A stretch of 64,000 bases of DNA, taken from the NCBI GenBank assembly GCA_030704615.1, contig CM060733.1, positions 1,798,001 through 1,862,000 of the forward strand. The letters are read 5' to 3'. A program made the position numbers and the translations under genes. Below are positions 1-12,630 of the stretch, one piece after another (the first letter of the stretch is position 1; the number at the start of each line of letters is the position of its first letter). The notes under the pieces were generated by a model. It had not been told where the DNA came from, searched no databases, and worked only from the letters and a program-made list of their open reading frames with translations. Source of the DNA: Takakia lepidozioides (lineage: Eukaryota; Plantae; Bryophyta).

Positions 1-433
1 AGTATTCACTTTCTGATACACTGTCCGGGGTTCTCTCACCAAAGTGACGCTCTCTTCAATTCTATCAAGGGAATTGTGCCTGTACCCCTGTTTAACAACT
101 TTGAAAGTCTCGAGGCTGAGCCAAAAGCCCAGGCCCTCCTGAGGCCTAGTTTTTGGGCAAATCACACACAGCAGATTGATGCTTGTGTGAAGGGATTTCT
201 AGAGGATATCTGGAAAACCCGGATTAATTCTATATATGATGGTAAGTCACACTACCAACGTCAGCCCCTGACAGAGGTAGGTTCTGTCCCTTTTGTTCCC
301 GCTCAAACTGGGCGCGGGGTCACAAGGCTACGGCAAACAACGTCTTATGAGTACATTCTCTCTCTCAAACTGGGCACGGGACTTTGGCCACAAGGCTATG
401 GCAAACCTCTCATGAGTACATTCTCTCTCTCTT
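1..433 (+). mobile_element. 3' part of LINE family A (continues upstream of the window), with a second tandem tail at 364-433
   Basis: 1-363 is nearly identical to 7600-7960 (a few substitutions and one 7-nt deletion) and ends in GAGTACATT(CT)n. Confidence 0.9.
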
Positions 434-1329
434 AAGTATAGTTCTTCCTTCATCCACTTGTCTAGCCCCACGTTTTGTCCCTTAGTTGGATGAACAGATG
501 GCACTAAATGGGATGCTTTGACCAAAGGACACAGATCCCTGGAAATTAGGGATCTGGTTTTTGAAGCTTCAGTGATGGAAGAGCTTCCTCATGCCAACCT
601 GAGACCTCTCTCAATTCTGAGGGTTTCTGGAATATGCTACCACATGCCAACTCAATCTGCATTTCTCAAGGAAGGAAGGCTCTACCAAATGGATGGGGGA
701 AACTAGGATTGACAGCCATGGCCTCTTCCTCCAGCAACACTGGGGTAGAGGGCATGAGCTAACAGGTTTTCCTTACTACTTGCCCATTCATCTACATGCT
801 AGAACTTTGCAAGGCTGTTATGTTTGATCATCATTTAGACTTTCCTCGATTGTCCTATCTTTCTTGGTGTACGTGGATAACAACTAGGTGAGGCCGATGA
901 AGCCTGCTATTCCTCACTAACCACCAACTATTGTCTGTGGCTCTTAGTGGGTTGGGAGCAGGTGAGGCTTCACCTTTTGCCTTGATAGCTCTAATGCCTT
1001 TCTTCTCCAACCTTGTAAATGAGGTTTGGTTGCTAAGCATAGAGTTTGGAAACTGCGTGATAGGTATTTCAGCAGCTTTGTCTTTGACTTCTGTAGTATT
1101 GATGTGATAGTCTTGTTTATCTGATGCTGGACTATCAAGGTGGTTTTCAACTTCTGTGAACTAAATGGGACTTAGTTTCTACTTCCCACCCACTCCCCCA
1201 GACTAAAGGTAAGCTGAAAATAAGAAAGAGACTTTAAAGTATGATGGGCCTGTTTCAGGCTGATGATGTCATTTACAATTCTCGACTGATCTTTTATGAT
1301 TCAGTCATGAAGCAGTAACCTCTCTCCCT

Positions 1330-1412
1330 CTGTCCCTTTTGTTCTGCCCAAACTGGGTGCAGGGTCTGTGGCTCCAAGGCTACTGCAATATTGAGTACAT
1401 TCTCTCTCTCTC
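1330..1412 (+). repeat. Short 3'-tail copy of LINE family A in a TRAPPC11 intron
   Basis: CAAACTGGG...AAGGCTAC...GAGTACATT(CT)n matches 7900-7965. Confidence 0.75.
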
Positions 1413-1557
1413 TGTGTGCCTTGCTGTGTCCATCCATCTGGTCAAATTATAGAGCATTAAAATTGAATGGGAGGTTCTTCAGGCTTTTTTGGTCTAAATG
1501 AATACTGAATGCCTTGCTGGTCCTCACAAAATATGCTCTGGTGGAAAATGGATGCAG

Positions 1558-4500
1558 GCAGCCGCAGCTCATATGATCCAAAGAAGGTGTGCATTTGAAG
1601 CAGCTCTGGCTGCATTCGAAGCATTTGAGGAGATCAATGCAATTGATGTGCTGACAGGGCCACGCGAGGAGGTTGGGCCACCTGTTTATGTTGGACAGGC
1701 TTGTCGTTTGCTGAAGCGTGGCAGCACTCTTGACAACCATGCACAAAGGTTGCAATTCAGGAGGCTTTTTTCCTTTTGGACTTTCTTTCTCTGTCTTTCT
1801 CTGTCATAAGTCCTACTGCCCAAGCAAGCTTTCAGGGATGGTAGTGCGCCTGTACAGCTCTAATGAGTAGTTTTCCCCCTCTTCTAATACTGAGATACTC
1901 CCACGGCGACTGTGTTGCGCCCGCTTTCATTGTATTCTTAGCCTCTTCCCCTTTCTTCTCTGTCCAAACAGAGCTGACCTGAATTCTACTGCAAGGAGTG
2001 TAACATAACATCTATCTCTCTGGCTGGGACTCATATGCACTGCCCTCACCAGGATGGTTGCATGGGTCACTGTGCAAATCGGTTTCAGGTGCTATTTGAC
2101 ATTAGCACAGAATATGTTCTGAAAGGCTAGGCATGTTACAAGATCAGGGCATTGAAAAACTTTTTGTAATCTTTCCTGTGCCAAGAGCATTGGTAAAGTA
2201 ACTGCAATATGCTGCTGCCCGGCAGACAGATATACTGATGATATGGAGTTCCTTTGCTGGCATATCTATGCTTGTACTTCACCATCAGGTCTGTTGACAC
2301 CTTCTGCAGGGCTGAAAATGATATCATTTTTGTTTGTTGTTATGCAGTCCGACAGGGGTGGAGTATATGAGGCATGCAATCTTTATTGAGAAGGGTTTTC
2401 CACACTCACATGCAGCAATCGAATTATTGACCAAAGCCCATGAACAATTCAAGGCTATACAGGCAGGGCGGACCGTCTACCAGTTAGGGGGTGATATGGG
2501 ACGGGAATATTTTGCTGCAGGGGAATATGCCAGCGCAAAACGCCTTTTTGATAGTGTTGCCGGAATGTACCGCAGGGAGGCCTGGGTGGTGCTATTGGGA
2601 GCCACTCTTGGTTACTTGAAAGAATGTGCCCGCCAGCTCGGTTTGCTAAAAGAGTACGTAGAGTATGGGCTGGAGCTGGCTGCATTGCCAGTCCCAGCAA
2701 GGAGTGGTGCTGGCCAGGTATTAGTTTCTGGTCCAGCCATTAGTTCAGCAGTCCCTTTTGGGCAGCTTCAGGGGACTCAAATCCAGAAGGAAGTGATGGA
2801 GCTTCTGCAGGGGTCAAGAACCATGCAGGGAGCTCTCGAGGGAGATTTTTGCATGTCAGTGACCTCCTCGCACCCAGTGGCCCTTGATGTTGACCTTGTA
2901 AGCCCCCTTAGGGCTGTGCTCTCGGCCTGTGTAGCATTCCATGATCAGACAATAAGACCAGGGAAAGTTGCGAGCCTCACACTCTCGCTACTTACCCATT
3001 TACCACTTCCCCTTTCAATCAATGAACTGGAGATCCACTTTAACCAGCCTTCTTGCAACTTGCGGATACAAGGGGACAACGATTATCAGGTCACTAATTT
3101 GTCGAGCCTTCAGGTGGAAGATGGCCCCCAGTCACACATTTGCAGGGCTGTGAAGGCTGGTTTTGATCTGAAGCTGCACCCAAGGAAGTGGAACAGAATA
3201 ACCATTGATGTCACTGCTGGTATGCCTGCATTATTTTGTACCAACCTTTTCAATCACAAGCACTGTTCTCCTTATCTCAGTTTGGAGCCTGCAGTGGAAA
3301 GAAAAGCAGTCATGTTATTGCTTGAAACAGTTAGGTCATTGCAGGCAATGCTTTCAAACGGTGCTGTCTACATGTGCAGATGTGCACACCGCTATCTAAT
3401 GATGGAAGGTAACCAGGATTGCTGTGCTGCCTAATGGTTGCTAGGAAAGTCAAGGATTTATGGTCAATATACATCAACAAACCTTCCATACTCGAGTATA
3501 CTCACATCTATCAGGAAAAGTAGAAGTTACTGTTCTGTGAGGCTGTCAACACCAGTGCTGTCAGATTTGGAACTTCACAACTTTTTTGGATGTATACAGA
3601 AGATTCCTTGTAGGGCATCAGTAAGAGAACTAAAATTTTTCTCTGGAGTTGTGTTTCTGCAGAGGAGAGCGGGAAGCTGGAGTGTCTGGCAGTTGTCGCT
3701 CAAATTGGACCACATGCAACCATTTACTGCCAGGTGGAGAGCCCTGCCACGCGGGAAGGGGTTCCCTTCTGGATTTTCGAGCCTGGGCTTGACACATCTC
3801 CAATTGATGATCCAATCTTAGCGTACTTTGGTCAGAAACTTATACAGGTTAGTTTTTCTGCTAACGTGTTTACTTGACCTCTTCCTGTCCATATGACCCC
3901 AAGGATAGGTATATATATATACAACCTGTAAAACTGCTTATGCTTTACATAGAGTGTCCCAAGTTCTACAGATGGCTGTGTTTTGTTGATCTAAGCCTTT
4001 GGAACAACTCTTGAGAGAGGGAAACATTGGAAGTGAAAGTTGAGAGGGAGGTAGGCTATTTTCAGGAGAAATGGTTTTTGACACTCTATGACTCTATACC
4101 GTTTCATTGCAGGTTGAAGAGCCAGACGCTGAGGTTGAAATATTTCTAGAGGCCCCTAGCCCTGGACTTGTTGGGGAAGCTTTTCCTCTGCGAGTAGGAG
4201 TTCGATCCACTGGGCATTCAATCCGTTCAGGCGATCTTGAAGTCTACTTTGCACCGTCTCTCTCTGGGCCATCTACAGTAACCAGTACTTTCTCACCAGT
4301 GTCTCCACCGGGGGTGATGAGCCCTGTCCAAGCAGAGCTGCTTGTGCCCACTGGTCCAAACACACGTGATCCAACAACAGGTGAAGATCTGTATGTGAAG
4401 TTCACAGGCCTGGTGGAGGTTCCGGAAGTGAAAGCTGGAGAGAGCTGGTCAACGGTGGTATATGTGCGGTGGTTGGAGCCAAAACCTGTCACTCTTATGT

Positions 4501-5549
4501 CAAGTTTTGTTTATCAGACGGCTACTGCAGCTGAGGGAGTACGCCCTGGTTACCATTATCGGCTGCATAAGAACCTTCAAATAGAGTGCCAGGAAGCGTT
4601 GGATGTCAGTCATCACTATATGGCGCCATTTAGGAGGGATGCCCTTCTGCTAGGAGGTCTGACTGTAGGTGCGCCTGCTGCTGCTCTTGCACTGAACGAG
4701 TCTAGCATCCTTGTTGTAACATTAAAAAATGTGAGTAGGGTCCCAATCCGTCTTCTAAAAGTGGGTGTAACAGAGGAAGATGAAAATAAGTGCTTGATCA
4801 GATCGTCTGGAGGGCAAGGGCTGGCTAATCTGGTGAATCCAGGTGAAGACAGCATAGCTTCCGTTCCTGGCAGTGAAACTATGGAGGGGGTCACACTTGC
4901 ACCCGAAGAGCATTTCACCCAACTTTTTGGGGTTCGTCCCTTGGTCGAGTCCCCTGCACTCCAGGTGGGAGCAGTGTGGGTTAGATGGCAGCGAGAACTC
5001 GCAAGCAATTCCTTGGAGGTTGGAGCGAATTGCTTGAAAGCACATTCGATGGGAGCCTTGGGATCTCAGACTGTAGAAACATTACCTTCCCCTGTAACCA
5101 TGGTGAACAGATGTGTGCAACTCTCCCCCATCTTGGTTGAATCCCCCCCTCTGGTCGTTACGCTGGACTGCCCACCACATGCCATCTTAGGTGAGCCCTT
5201 CACTCTCTCAGTGGATATCCAGAATCAAACCAGTACTCTTCAGGAGATTTCATTCTCTGTTTTTGATACCACAAGCTTCATCTTCTCAGGTGCCCACAGT
5301 GACACAGTCTCCATCCTTCCCCACTCCACCCATACTCTCTCTCACAGGCTTGTTCCCATTACATCTGGTATGCAACAGCTTCCACAAGTACGGCTGACTT
5401 CTGCTTGGTATTCAGCCGGCTTTCAGCCTTCGTCACTCAGCACCCAGCTCTTTGTCTTCCCGTCTACCCCAAATTTGGACATGGCAATGCAAAGACTTAA
5501 TTCTTTTGATGAAGCCCTCACCATTCTTCCAGTCAGTGTAGTGAATTAA
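1558..5549 (+). CDS. TRAPPC11: Trafficking protein particle complex subunit 11, last four exons (1558-1748, 2348-3219, 3663-3847, 4113-5549); 5' exons lie upstream of the window
   Basis: GT-AG splicing gives a continuous frame. It contains plant TRAPPC11-like motifs PVYVGQ, REYF...YRREAWVVLLGATLGYLKEC, LDVDLVSPLRAVLSACVAFHDQ, SGKLECLAV, GQKLIQVEEP and FIFSGAHSDTVSILP. Confidence 0.88.
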
Positions 5550-5686
5550 TGTAGATGCCAATCTATGATTTTGGTTGTGTGGAATAAAGTTGTACTGACT
5601 GTTCAATGTCGCAAGTTTCATAGGCTGGTTGTACATCATTGATCTGGACTTTAAACTCTCTTCTCTCTCTCTCTCTCTCTCTCTCT

Positions 5687-7968
5687 AAAGGTGCAGTGGT
5701 GACTTCATCGGTTGACATTGTCAAAACCTTTGAAACTCACTACAGTATCCTTGGCAGAACTTCTAGGTCTAACAGTGAGGGGTCTTCTGCTGAATGGAGG
5801 GACACAGTTGGAAAAACTGTTCCTATGATTCAAAACAGCCCTGATGAACTGGAGTATATTTCAATGGCTTAGAATGCTCCCATTAGTTCTTCTGAGATTG
5901 TGGAAGCAATTGAACATTTAAATGGATATAAAGCTGGTGGACCTGATGGTATTGTCAGCGAGCTTATCAAGCACGGTGGCGATCCCATGATAGAGGCCCT
6001 AGTTCTCCTCTTTAACCTTATCTGGAAGACTGAAATGATCCCCTGTCGCTGGCGACAGGGGGTCATTGTCAATCTATACAAGAAGGGTGACAGAGAAGAA
6101 CCGGGGAACTACCGTGGCATCACGCTCCTCAATGCTGTTGGCAAGACATTCTGCAGAGTTATAAGTACTCGTCTCGAGGTTGATCTGGAGTCTAGAGGTT
6201 GTTTCCACGAAGGCCAAGCTGGCTTTCGGCGAAACAGGGGCTGTGTGGATCATATCTTCACTCTAAGCCAGATTATCCAGGGAAGGAAAAAAGAAGGGAA
6301 ACCCACTTATGTCTTTTTCGTGGATGTCAAAAAGGCTTATGACACAGTGTGGAGAGATGGCCTATGGTTCCGCCTCTGGTCTTGTGGGATCAAGGGAAAG
6401 ATGTGGAGAGTTGTCCACAACTTGTATGCTCACACCAAAAGCTGTGTCATAACGGACAGAAGTCCAACTTCTTTGACATAGACCAAGGTGTAGCTCAAGG
6501 ATGTACTCTCTCCCCTCTGCTCTTCAATGTTTTCATCAATCAACTCCTCAAGGATGTGGAAAGTGAGGGATTTGGGTTAAGGGTGGGTGATACCACCATA
6601 CTAGCCCTTATGTTTGCGGATGACTTCGTAGGCATAGGGGAGATTCCAACCAATCTCCAGGAGTTGATTGATTGCGCGAAGAGATACTTTGATCTTTGGG
6701 GGCTAGAGGCTAATGTCAACAAATGTGCAGTGGTAGCATTCAACGACAGAGGAGAGGGAGGAAGTGATCTTAAGTGGCAGTGGGGTAGCCAAGAGATCCC
6801 GGTCCTCCCTTCCTACACTTACTTGGGCGTTGAGTTCTCCTCCAATTGTAATTGGGATGCACATATCCAGAAAGTTGTTCAAGCTGGCAAGGGCAAAGCT
6901 CCGGGGCTCACTAAAATTTTCCACTGCAGAGGGGTCAACTCTGAGGTTAAGAAAACCATGCTTTGTCGCGTTATTAGACCTGCCTTGGAGTACGGATCTG
7001 CTATATGGGTTGATAACTCCAACCAGGCTAAGTCTTTAGAATCCATTCAAGTGGGGGTGCTTAAGGAGTGTATGTCAGCATGCTCCAAAACAGCCAATGT
7101 GGCTGTTCGGGGTGAGTTTGGCATTCCGTCCTTAAGCTCCCGACGAGATGAATTCAAGGTCAGATGGTGGGGTCAGCTGCAACATATGCCCAACACCAGA
7201 TATCCTAAGTTAATCGACTCTATATCTTGGAAACAGGACCGCCCTGTCAAACAGGCTAAGTCCTGGCAGAAGAGAGTAGAAGAGATCCTCAAGGACTTGG
7301 ATCTGGATCCGCAAGTCTTGACCCTGCTGGATAAATCTGACTTAGAGGCTGTAGTGTCCTCAGCCATGTCTGTTGCCATGAGATTGTCTGATGAAAATGA
7401 AGTTAGGCAGAAAACTTCCCTGAACTTGTTTCCAGTCAGTGACATGGGGGAGGACATCTTGGATGACCTCAACGGTCTACCCACTCTCGGCACTAGACTG
7501 AAATTTAAACTCAGGGCAGGAAGCCTACCTTTGAACAACAAACAAAAGCAGAGAGGAAAGGGAGAGTGCAATTGCCCGCTGTGTGGGCAATCTGAAGACA
7601 GTATTCACTTTCTGATACACTGTCCGGGGTTCTCTCACCAAAGTGACGCTCTCTTCAATTCTATCAAGGGAATTGTGCCTGTACCCATGTTTAACAACTT
7701 TGAAAGTCTCGAGGCTGAGCCAAAAGCCCAGGCCCTCCTGAGGCCTAGTTTTTGGGCAAATCACACACAGCAGATTGATGCTTGTGTGAAGGGATTTCTA
7801 GAGGATATCTGGAAAACCCGGATTAATTCTATATATGATGGTAAGTCACACTACCAACGTCAGCCCCTGACAGAGGTAGGTTCTGTCCCTTTTGTTCGCG
7901 CTCAAACTGGGCGCGGGGTCAATGGCCACAAGGCTACGGCAAACAACGTCTTCTGAGTACAATCTCTC
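5687..7968 (+). mobile_element. 5'-truncated non-LTR retrotransposon, family A (RTE/RTEX-like), RT plus C-terminal CCHC; inactivated
   Basis: RT motifs KAGGPDGI, NYRGITLL, QAGFR, FVDVKKAYDTV, GVAQGCTLSPLLFN and FADD; CPLC...HFLIHC zinc finger. In-frame TAG at 5870-5872 and a frameshift near 6450. Begins right after a (CT)n tract. Confidence 0.92.
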
Positions 7969-8303
7969 CATTTGCCCCCAAAGCCAACCGCGATTGTGTG
8001 CAGAAGCCTGGAAAGATATCCCTACAAGATGAAATCCTGATCGACCTACCCAACTATTCTTTGGAGAGACTGGAGCCTACTAAAATTGACAGGAGTTTTC
8101 CAGAAGTAAAGTAGGAGGATGATGCCAATATCAGAATGGCTAGTCCAGCACTACACCTTCTCTCCATGCCATTTGGCTGTGGTAGCACAAACAGGGTAGG
8201 GTGTGTGTGAAAGAAAGAAGCTTGGGATTCCCACAGAGATAACATGCATTGAGTTTGGTCTTAGCTAGATGGCTGGCCTGGGCTACCGAGTGCACTGCAA
8301 AAG

Positions 8304-8564
8304 CAGCGTTTCTTTTATTGGCGATTTATCGCCAGATTGCGACCTCAAAAAATAAAATCGAGTATTCTGTCGCAAATTCTCTGTTTTTTCATGGATGAAA
8401 TCGCCAGACCTCTAAATAAAAAATAAATTATGGATGAATTCGCCAAATATGGATGATAAAGTACAGATCTGGATGAATTGTAGTGGATGAACATAATTTA
8501 TGGCTATTTCTTGTGACTCTGTAGCCACTCGTGCTGTTTTCCAAATTCCTTAAAAGAAACCCTG
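8304..8564. mobile_element. hAT-type MITE
   Basis: 14-bp TIRs CAGCGTTTCTTTTA / TAAAAGAAACCCTG (1 mismatch), perfect 8-bp TSD TGCAAAAG (8296-8303, 8565-8572), and repeated internal TGGATGA motifs. Confidence 0.88.
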
Positions 8565-9024
8565 TGCAAAAGACCATTTCCTACGAACAGAATTGCAGGT
8601 CTTAATTAGTTGGATTCTGCAGGCTGCTGAGCCTTTAATCACTCCATCTGAAATTCTCTTTTCCGTTTTACTGCTGCGCTCAGAATTCAATGATTGAGTT
8701 TAGTAACTTGGATTGGTGACTGAAAACTCTTCACTCTCAGATGGTTGGTACTTATTATGATGGTTTCACTCTTGCCGATGTATCTGCTGACACATCCATA
8801 TTTGCATTTTCTTACTTTCATGGCGGCTATGTTCCTTGGATTTCAGAGAGCAGTCCAGGACAGCAGCCAAGGAACTACCTAATTTTAATTCTTGCACACA
8901 AAAAAGAATTGAATGACAGATGGATCAGTAATTGCAGTCTTTGGTTCATAAAGCCAATAGTCCTAAGTTGACAGGAAAAACAAAATGACACCATTCAACT
9001 ATGTACTGAGCAAAATGCTGTCAT

Positions 9025-9362
9025 TAAGCCCTCACTAAGCCAGTTGTCCCAGAACCTAAGCCAATTGTCCACCCAAAACCCTAAGCCAAATGTAGGCTTA
9101 GCCAATATGAGCTGGCACATGAGGTGGAGATACATGTATTCAGTATAATTATACACTTTTGGAGATGTTATATATGTATTTGGGCTTGGTGTTAGATGCT
9201 AATGCATACCATGATATAAAGCATTTTGGCTTGGGGATAAAAGAATCTTTTTCTAGTGCTATGTAAGAATATTCTATGGTTTTGGAATATCGGCCCATGG
9301 TTTTAGAATCTTGGCCAGTGGTTTTTGGAATCTGGGCCTACGATGCGAATCTTTTCCAGTAT
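9025..9362. repeat. Degenerate short tandem repeats (CTAAGCC units and ~21-bp GGTTTTGGAAT units), possibly CACTA-type subterminal remnants
   Basis: TTTTCTAGTG near 9250 is the reverse complement of CACTAGAAAA; no matching opposite end was found. Confidence 0.3.
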
Positions 9363-10331
9363 AGCTCTTTTGGTGTGCCGTAACTATACTATGTACCATA
9401 TACGAGATACGTATGTCCTAGGGTTGGACCCTAAGACAAGCACACCAAACCATGTCTCAATACAAACGAATCTTCAGATTCTAAAGCAGGATGGCTCTTT
9501 TGGTATTCCATAGAGGACGTGGCGCAGCGGGCGGGGGAGGCTGGGCAGCCACGGCGCTAAGTTATACCCTCTGCGTCTGGGCGTACCTGCTGCAAGCCCT
9601 TCGTAGAGTGTGTGTGTTGTAAGGATCGTGGCAGATCGGCAGCGTAAGTCCAACAATTTTTCATCTCTCTGAGGCCCGTACGTGGAATGTGCTTAGCACT
9701 GCTTCCTTGTCGCTGGGAAGTCAAACAATCCCCATAAGAGAACAAACACTCAGCAGTGTAGCTGCACCTTTCAATCCCCCTGGTGGGTCAAGCTTGTTGG
9801 TTGCAATCTCACAGGCCAAGATTTCGGCGAGGGAGGCAAGCACGATCAGGTCCAAAATATCTTGCCAACTGCATTGAGGATGATCGAAAGGTGGTATTGG
9901 AAAGTGGCAGAACAAAAGAGTGGTGATTGAGCAGTTGAAATTGTTTTGGGCTGTGTGTAGGCCAAATTTCGAAGTGATAATGGAACGGCTTGGCAGACCA
10001 ATTATCTTCATTCAGGTATCTGACTGAGAGTGAGTTACATGCTGATTAGTGTTCCGTAGACTAAGTTGCCATGTATGGCTAGTTTACGATGAACGGTTGT
10101 TGATCCTCTTGGAGTCTGTGCGTAACCTGGTAACCTTAATTCTTAACATGGAGGAATCATTTTGGTTATAAGCTCGACTTGGAGGGAGCGGAAAGAAAAA
10201 TATATATATTTTTCTTTCCAGCGCGACCTGGTGTCACATCCCAAAAAGGCCGAATTATTGGCCTGGGCCCAGCCTTATCGTCATCGTTACCAAAGCGCTG
10301 CGCGCCGGATCTACCAGCAGAAAGGCGGGAT

Positions 10332-11030
10332 GAGAGAGAGAGAGAGAGAGAGAGAGCTCATAAGACGTTGTTTGCCGCAGCCTTGTGGCCATTGACCCCG
10401 CGCCCAATTTGAGTGGAACACAAAGGGACAGAAACTGCCTTTGTTGAACTAACGAGCTATCTATTGGAAGCTCTAACTATAAGTCAGCTTTATACCGTTT
10501 AAATGCTCCATTGCTTCCACAAAGGGGGGCCAATTACCCCGTGCGCAGATTTCAAAGCAAAGGGGAGAGGTTACATCCTTGAGCTACACCTTGGTCTATG
10601 AAAAAGAAGTTACACTTCTGTCCATTAACAATGACACAGCTTTGGGTGTGAGCATACAAGTTATGGACAACTCTCCACATCTTTCCCCTGATACCTGATG
10701 ATCTCGGAGCTATAGACCAACACTCCACACGGTGTCATAAGCTAAGCCTTTTTGACATCCGAGAAAAAGACAAAAGTGGGTTTCCCTTCTTTTTCCCTTC
10801 CCTGGATAATTGGGCTTACAGTGAAGATATGTCCCCACAGCTCATGTTTCCCTGAAAGCCAGCTTGGTCCTCATGGAAACAACGTGTAGACTCCAGATCA
10901 GCCTCAATATGAGTACTTGTAACTCTGCAAAATTCAGTGCCAACTGCATTGAGGAGCGTGATGCCTCGATAGTTGCCCGGCTCTTCTATGTCACCTTTCT
11001 TGTGTAGATTGACAATGACCTCCTGATGGC
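10332..11030 (-). mobile_element. Degenerate, rearranged copy of LINE family A (tail plus RT fragments)
   Basis: Reverse complement matches 7880-7965 (tail with (GA)n), 5897-5935 and ~6050-6510. Confidence 0.85.
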
Positions 11031-11377
11031 TGACAGGTTTGAACTCTGCTCCATCTCAATCATTCTACATGGATGCTTTCGTGTTAGTGCCTATGACAGC
11101 TTCTTTGGAATGGTAGCCCTAACCCGTGGGCTCTCCCTTGCGGACAGCATGAATTTTTGGTTTCAGGCCAGGTAAGCTAGATTTCTTCTTGTAGACAGGT
11201 GATGTTGGTTGTCAGAGAGGTATGCCCTGCAGCTTTGATATTGTCAGCATGGACCTTGGACATGTCCATGCTTGGACCTAAGGGGCCCAACCAACACAAG
11301 TAGAATAATAAAGAACTGTAGAGAGAAAAGAAAAGAAAAACTCTTAACATCCACCAGGGACAGTGAGAGCCCATGGG

Positions 11378-12430
11378 ACAAGAGAATGTACTCATAAGAC
11401 TGCGCTGGCGGTAGCCTTGTGGCCATAGAACCTGCACTCAGTTTGGGCAGAACAAAAGGGTACATACACAACCTCTGTAGAACCTGTTTCCACCCTAGTA
11501 CTCTAAACCTCAACAAACAGTTGAAAAGCAACGCAGCCTTCCGTAGACCAGACTATTTTATTTTATTATTACATAGTCAACATCTGCAGGAGTGCTAGGT
11601 AATTTTGCTGCATGTTGTCGTAGCCTGCAACATCTGCAGGAAATGGCAATGGCTACATCTACTAATTTGACAGAGTCGTACTTTTCAAAGTTACTATTGC
11701 TATGTAATTTTGTTGTCCCAAGTTCCCACTGCTGTGCTGAACTAGTGGTCACCAAGTTTGGGCTTTCCAGATTTTGGAATTTTTCTATGCGCCACTTCTG
11801 AATCCAAGGTTTCACAGATCTCTTGGTTTTTTCTTACACATAAAACATCGTTTGCCACAGCCTTGTGGCCAAGGACTCTGTGCCAGTTTGGGCAGAGGAG
11901 AGAGAGAGAGAGAGAATATACCCGTGTCGTTCCCTGCAAATGTTGGCTTGCCGTAGCCTCACAGCTGCCATTAAGAGAGAGAATGTACTCATGAGACTTT
12001 GTTTGCCGTACCCTTGTTGCCACAGACGCCTTTGTGAGGGGCTCACTCCAGGAGTGACTTACCTTCACACAAACAAATAGTTCGGGCTTTCCAGATTTTG
12101 GAATTTTTCTATGCACCACTTCTGAATCGAATAAAACATTGTTTGCCAGTCTTGTGGTCAAGGACCCTGTGCCACTTTGGGCAGAAGAGAGAGAATATAC
12201 TCGTGTCGTTTCCTGCAAACGTTGGCTTGCCATAGCCTTACAGTCATCAACCCTGCAGGGAACTAACCCTCCTGGAGTCTTTTGTGCGGTTCACACCTGC
12301 CAGGGTTTACGTAATCCCACTGGTCAGTTGCAGGTATGAGCTTATTTTCCCACAGCTGCCATTAAGAGAGAGAGAGAGAATGTACTCGTAAGACTTTGTT
12401 TGCCATACCCCTTTGTGAGGGCTCACTCCA
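11378..12430 (-). repeat. Cluster of LINE-A tail copies inside a composite ~300-390 bp segmental duplication upstream of the NAPRT ATG
   Basis: About five tail copies (GAGAATGTACTC...TTTGCC...CTTGTGG). Duplicated blocks: 11755-11800 with 12080-12128, 11845-11965 with 12135-12245, and 11960-12055 with 12350-12430. Confidence 0.75.
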
Positions 12431-12630
12431 GTAATGACATCTTTTGATCTCAGTCCAAACCAGAAAGTGGTCAGAGGTACCAATATCAGTTCTGTCAATC
12501 AATACCTGCTTCTTGTGTCCACTTGTAAGATGCCAAAATCAAGTAAGTGAAATTCTTATCACAATTAGTGTGCTGGTGTGACAGAGTTGATTTGTAAAAG
12601 GGCAACACACATGCAAGATCATTACCAGCC

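Noticed and set aside
4244-5045. Antisense ORFs over TRAPPC11, and similar ones over the LINE and Copia ORFs
   Set aside because: Shadow ORFs of the coding strand with no independent motifs.
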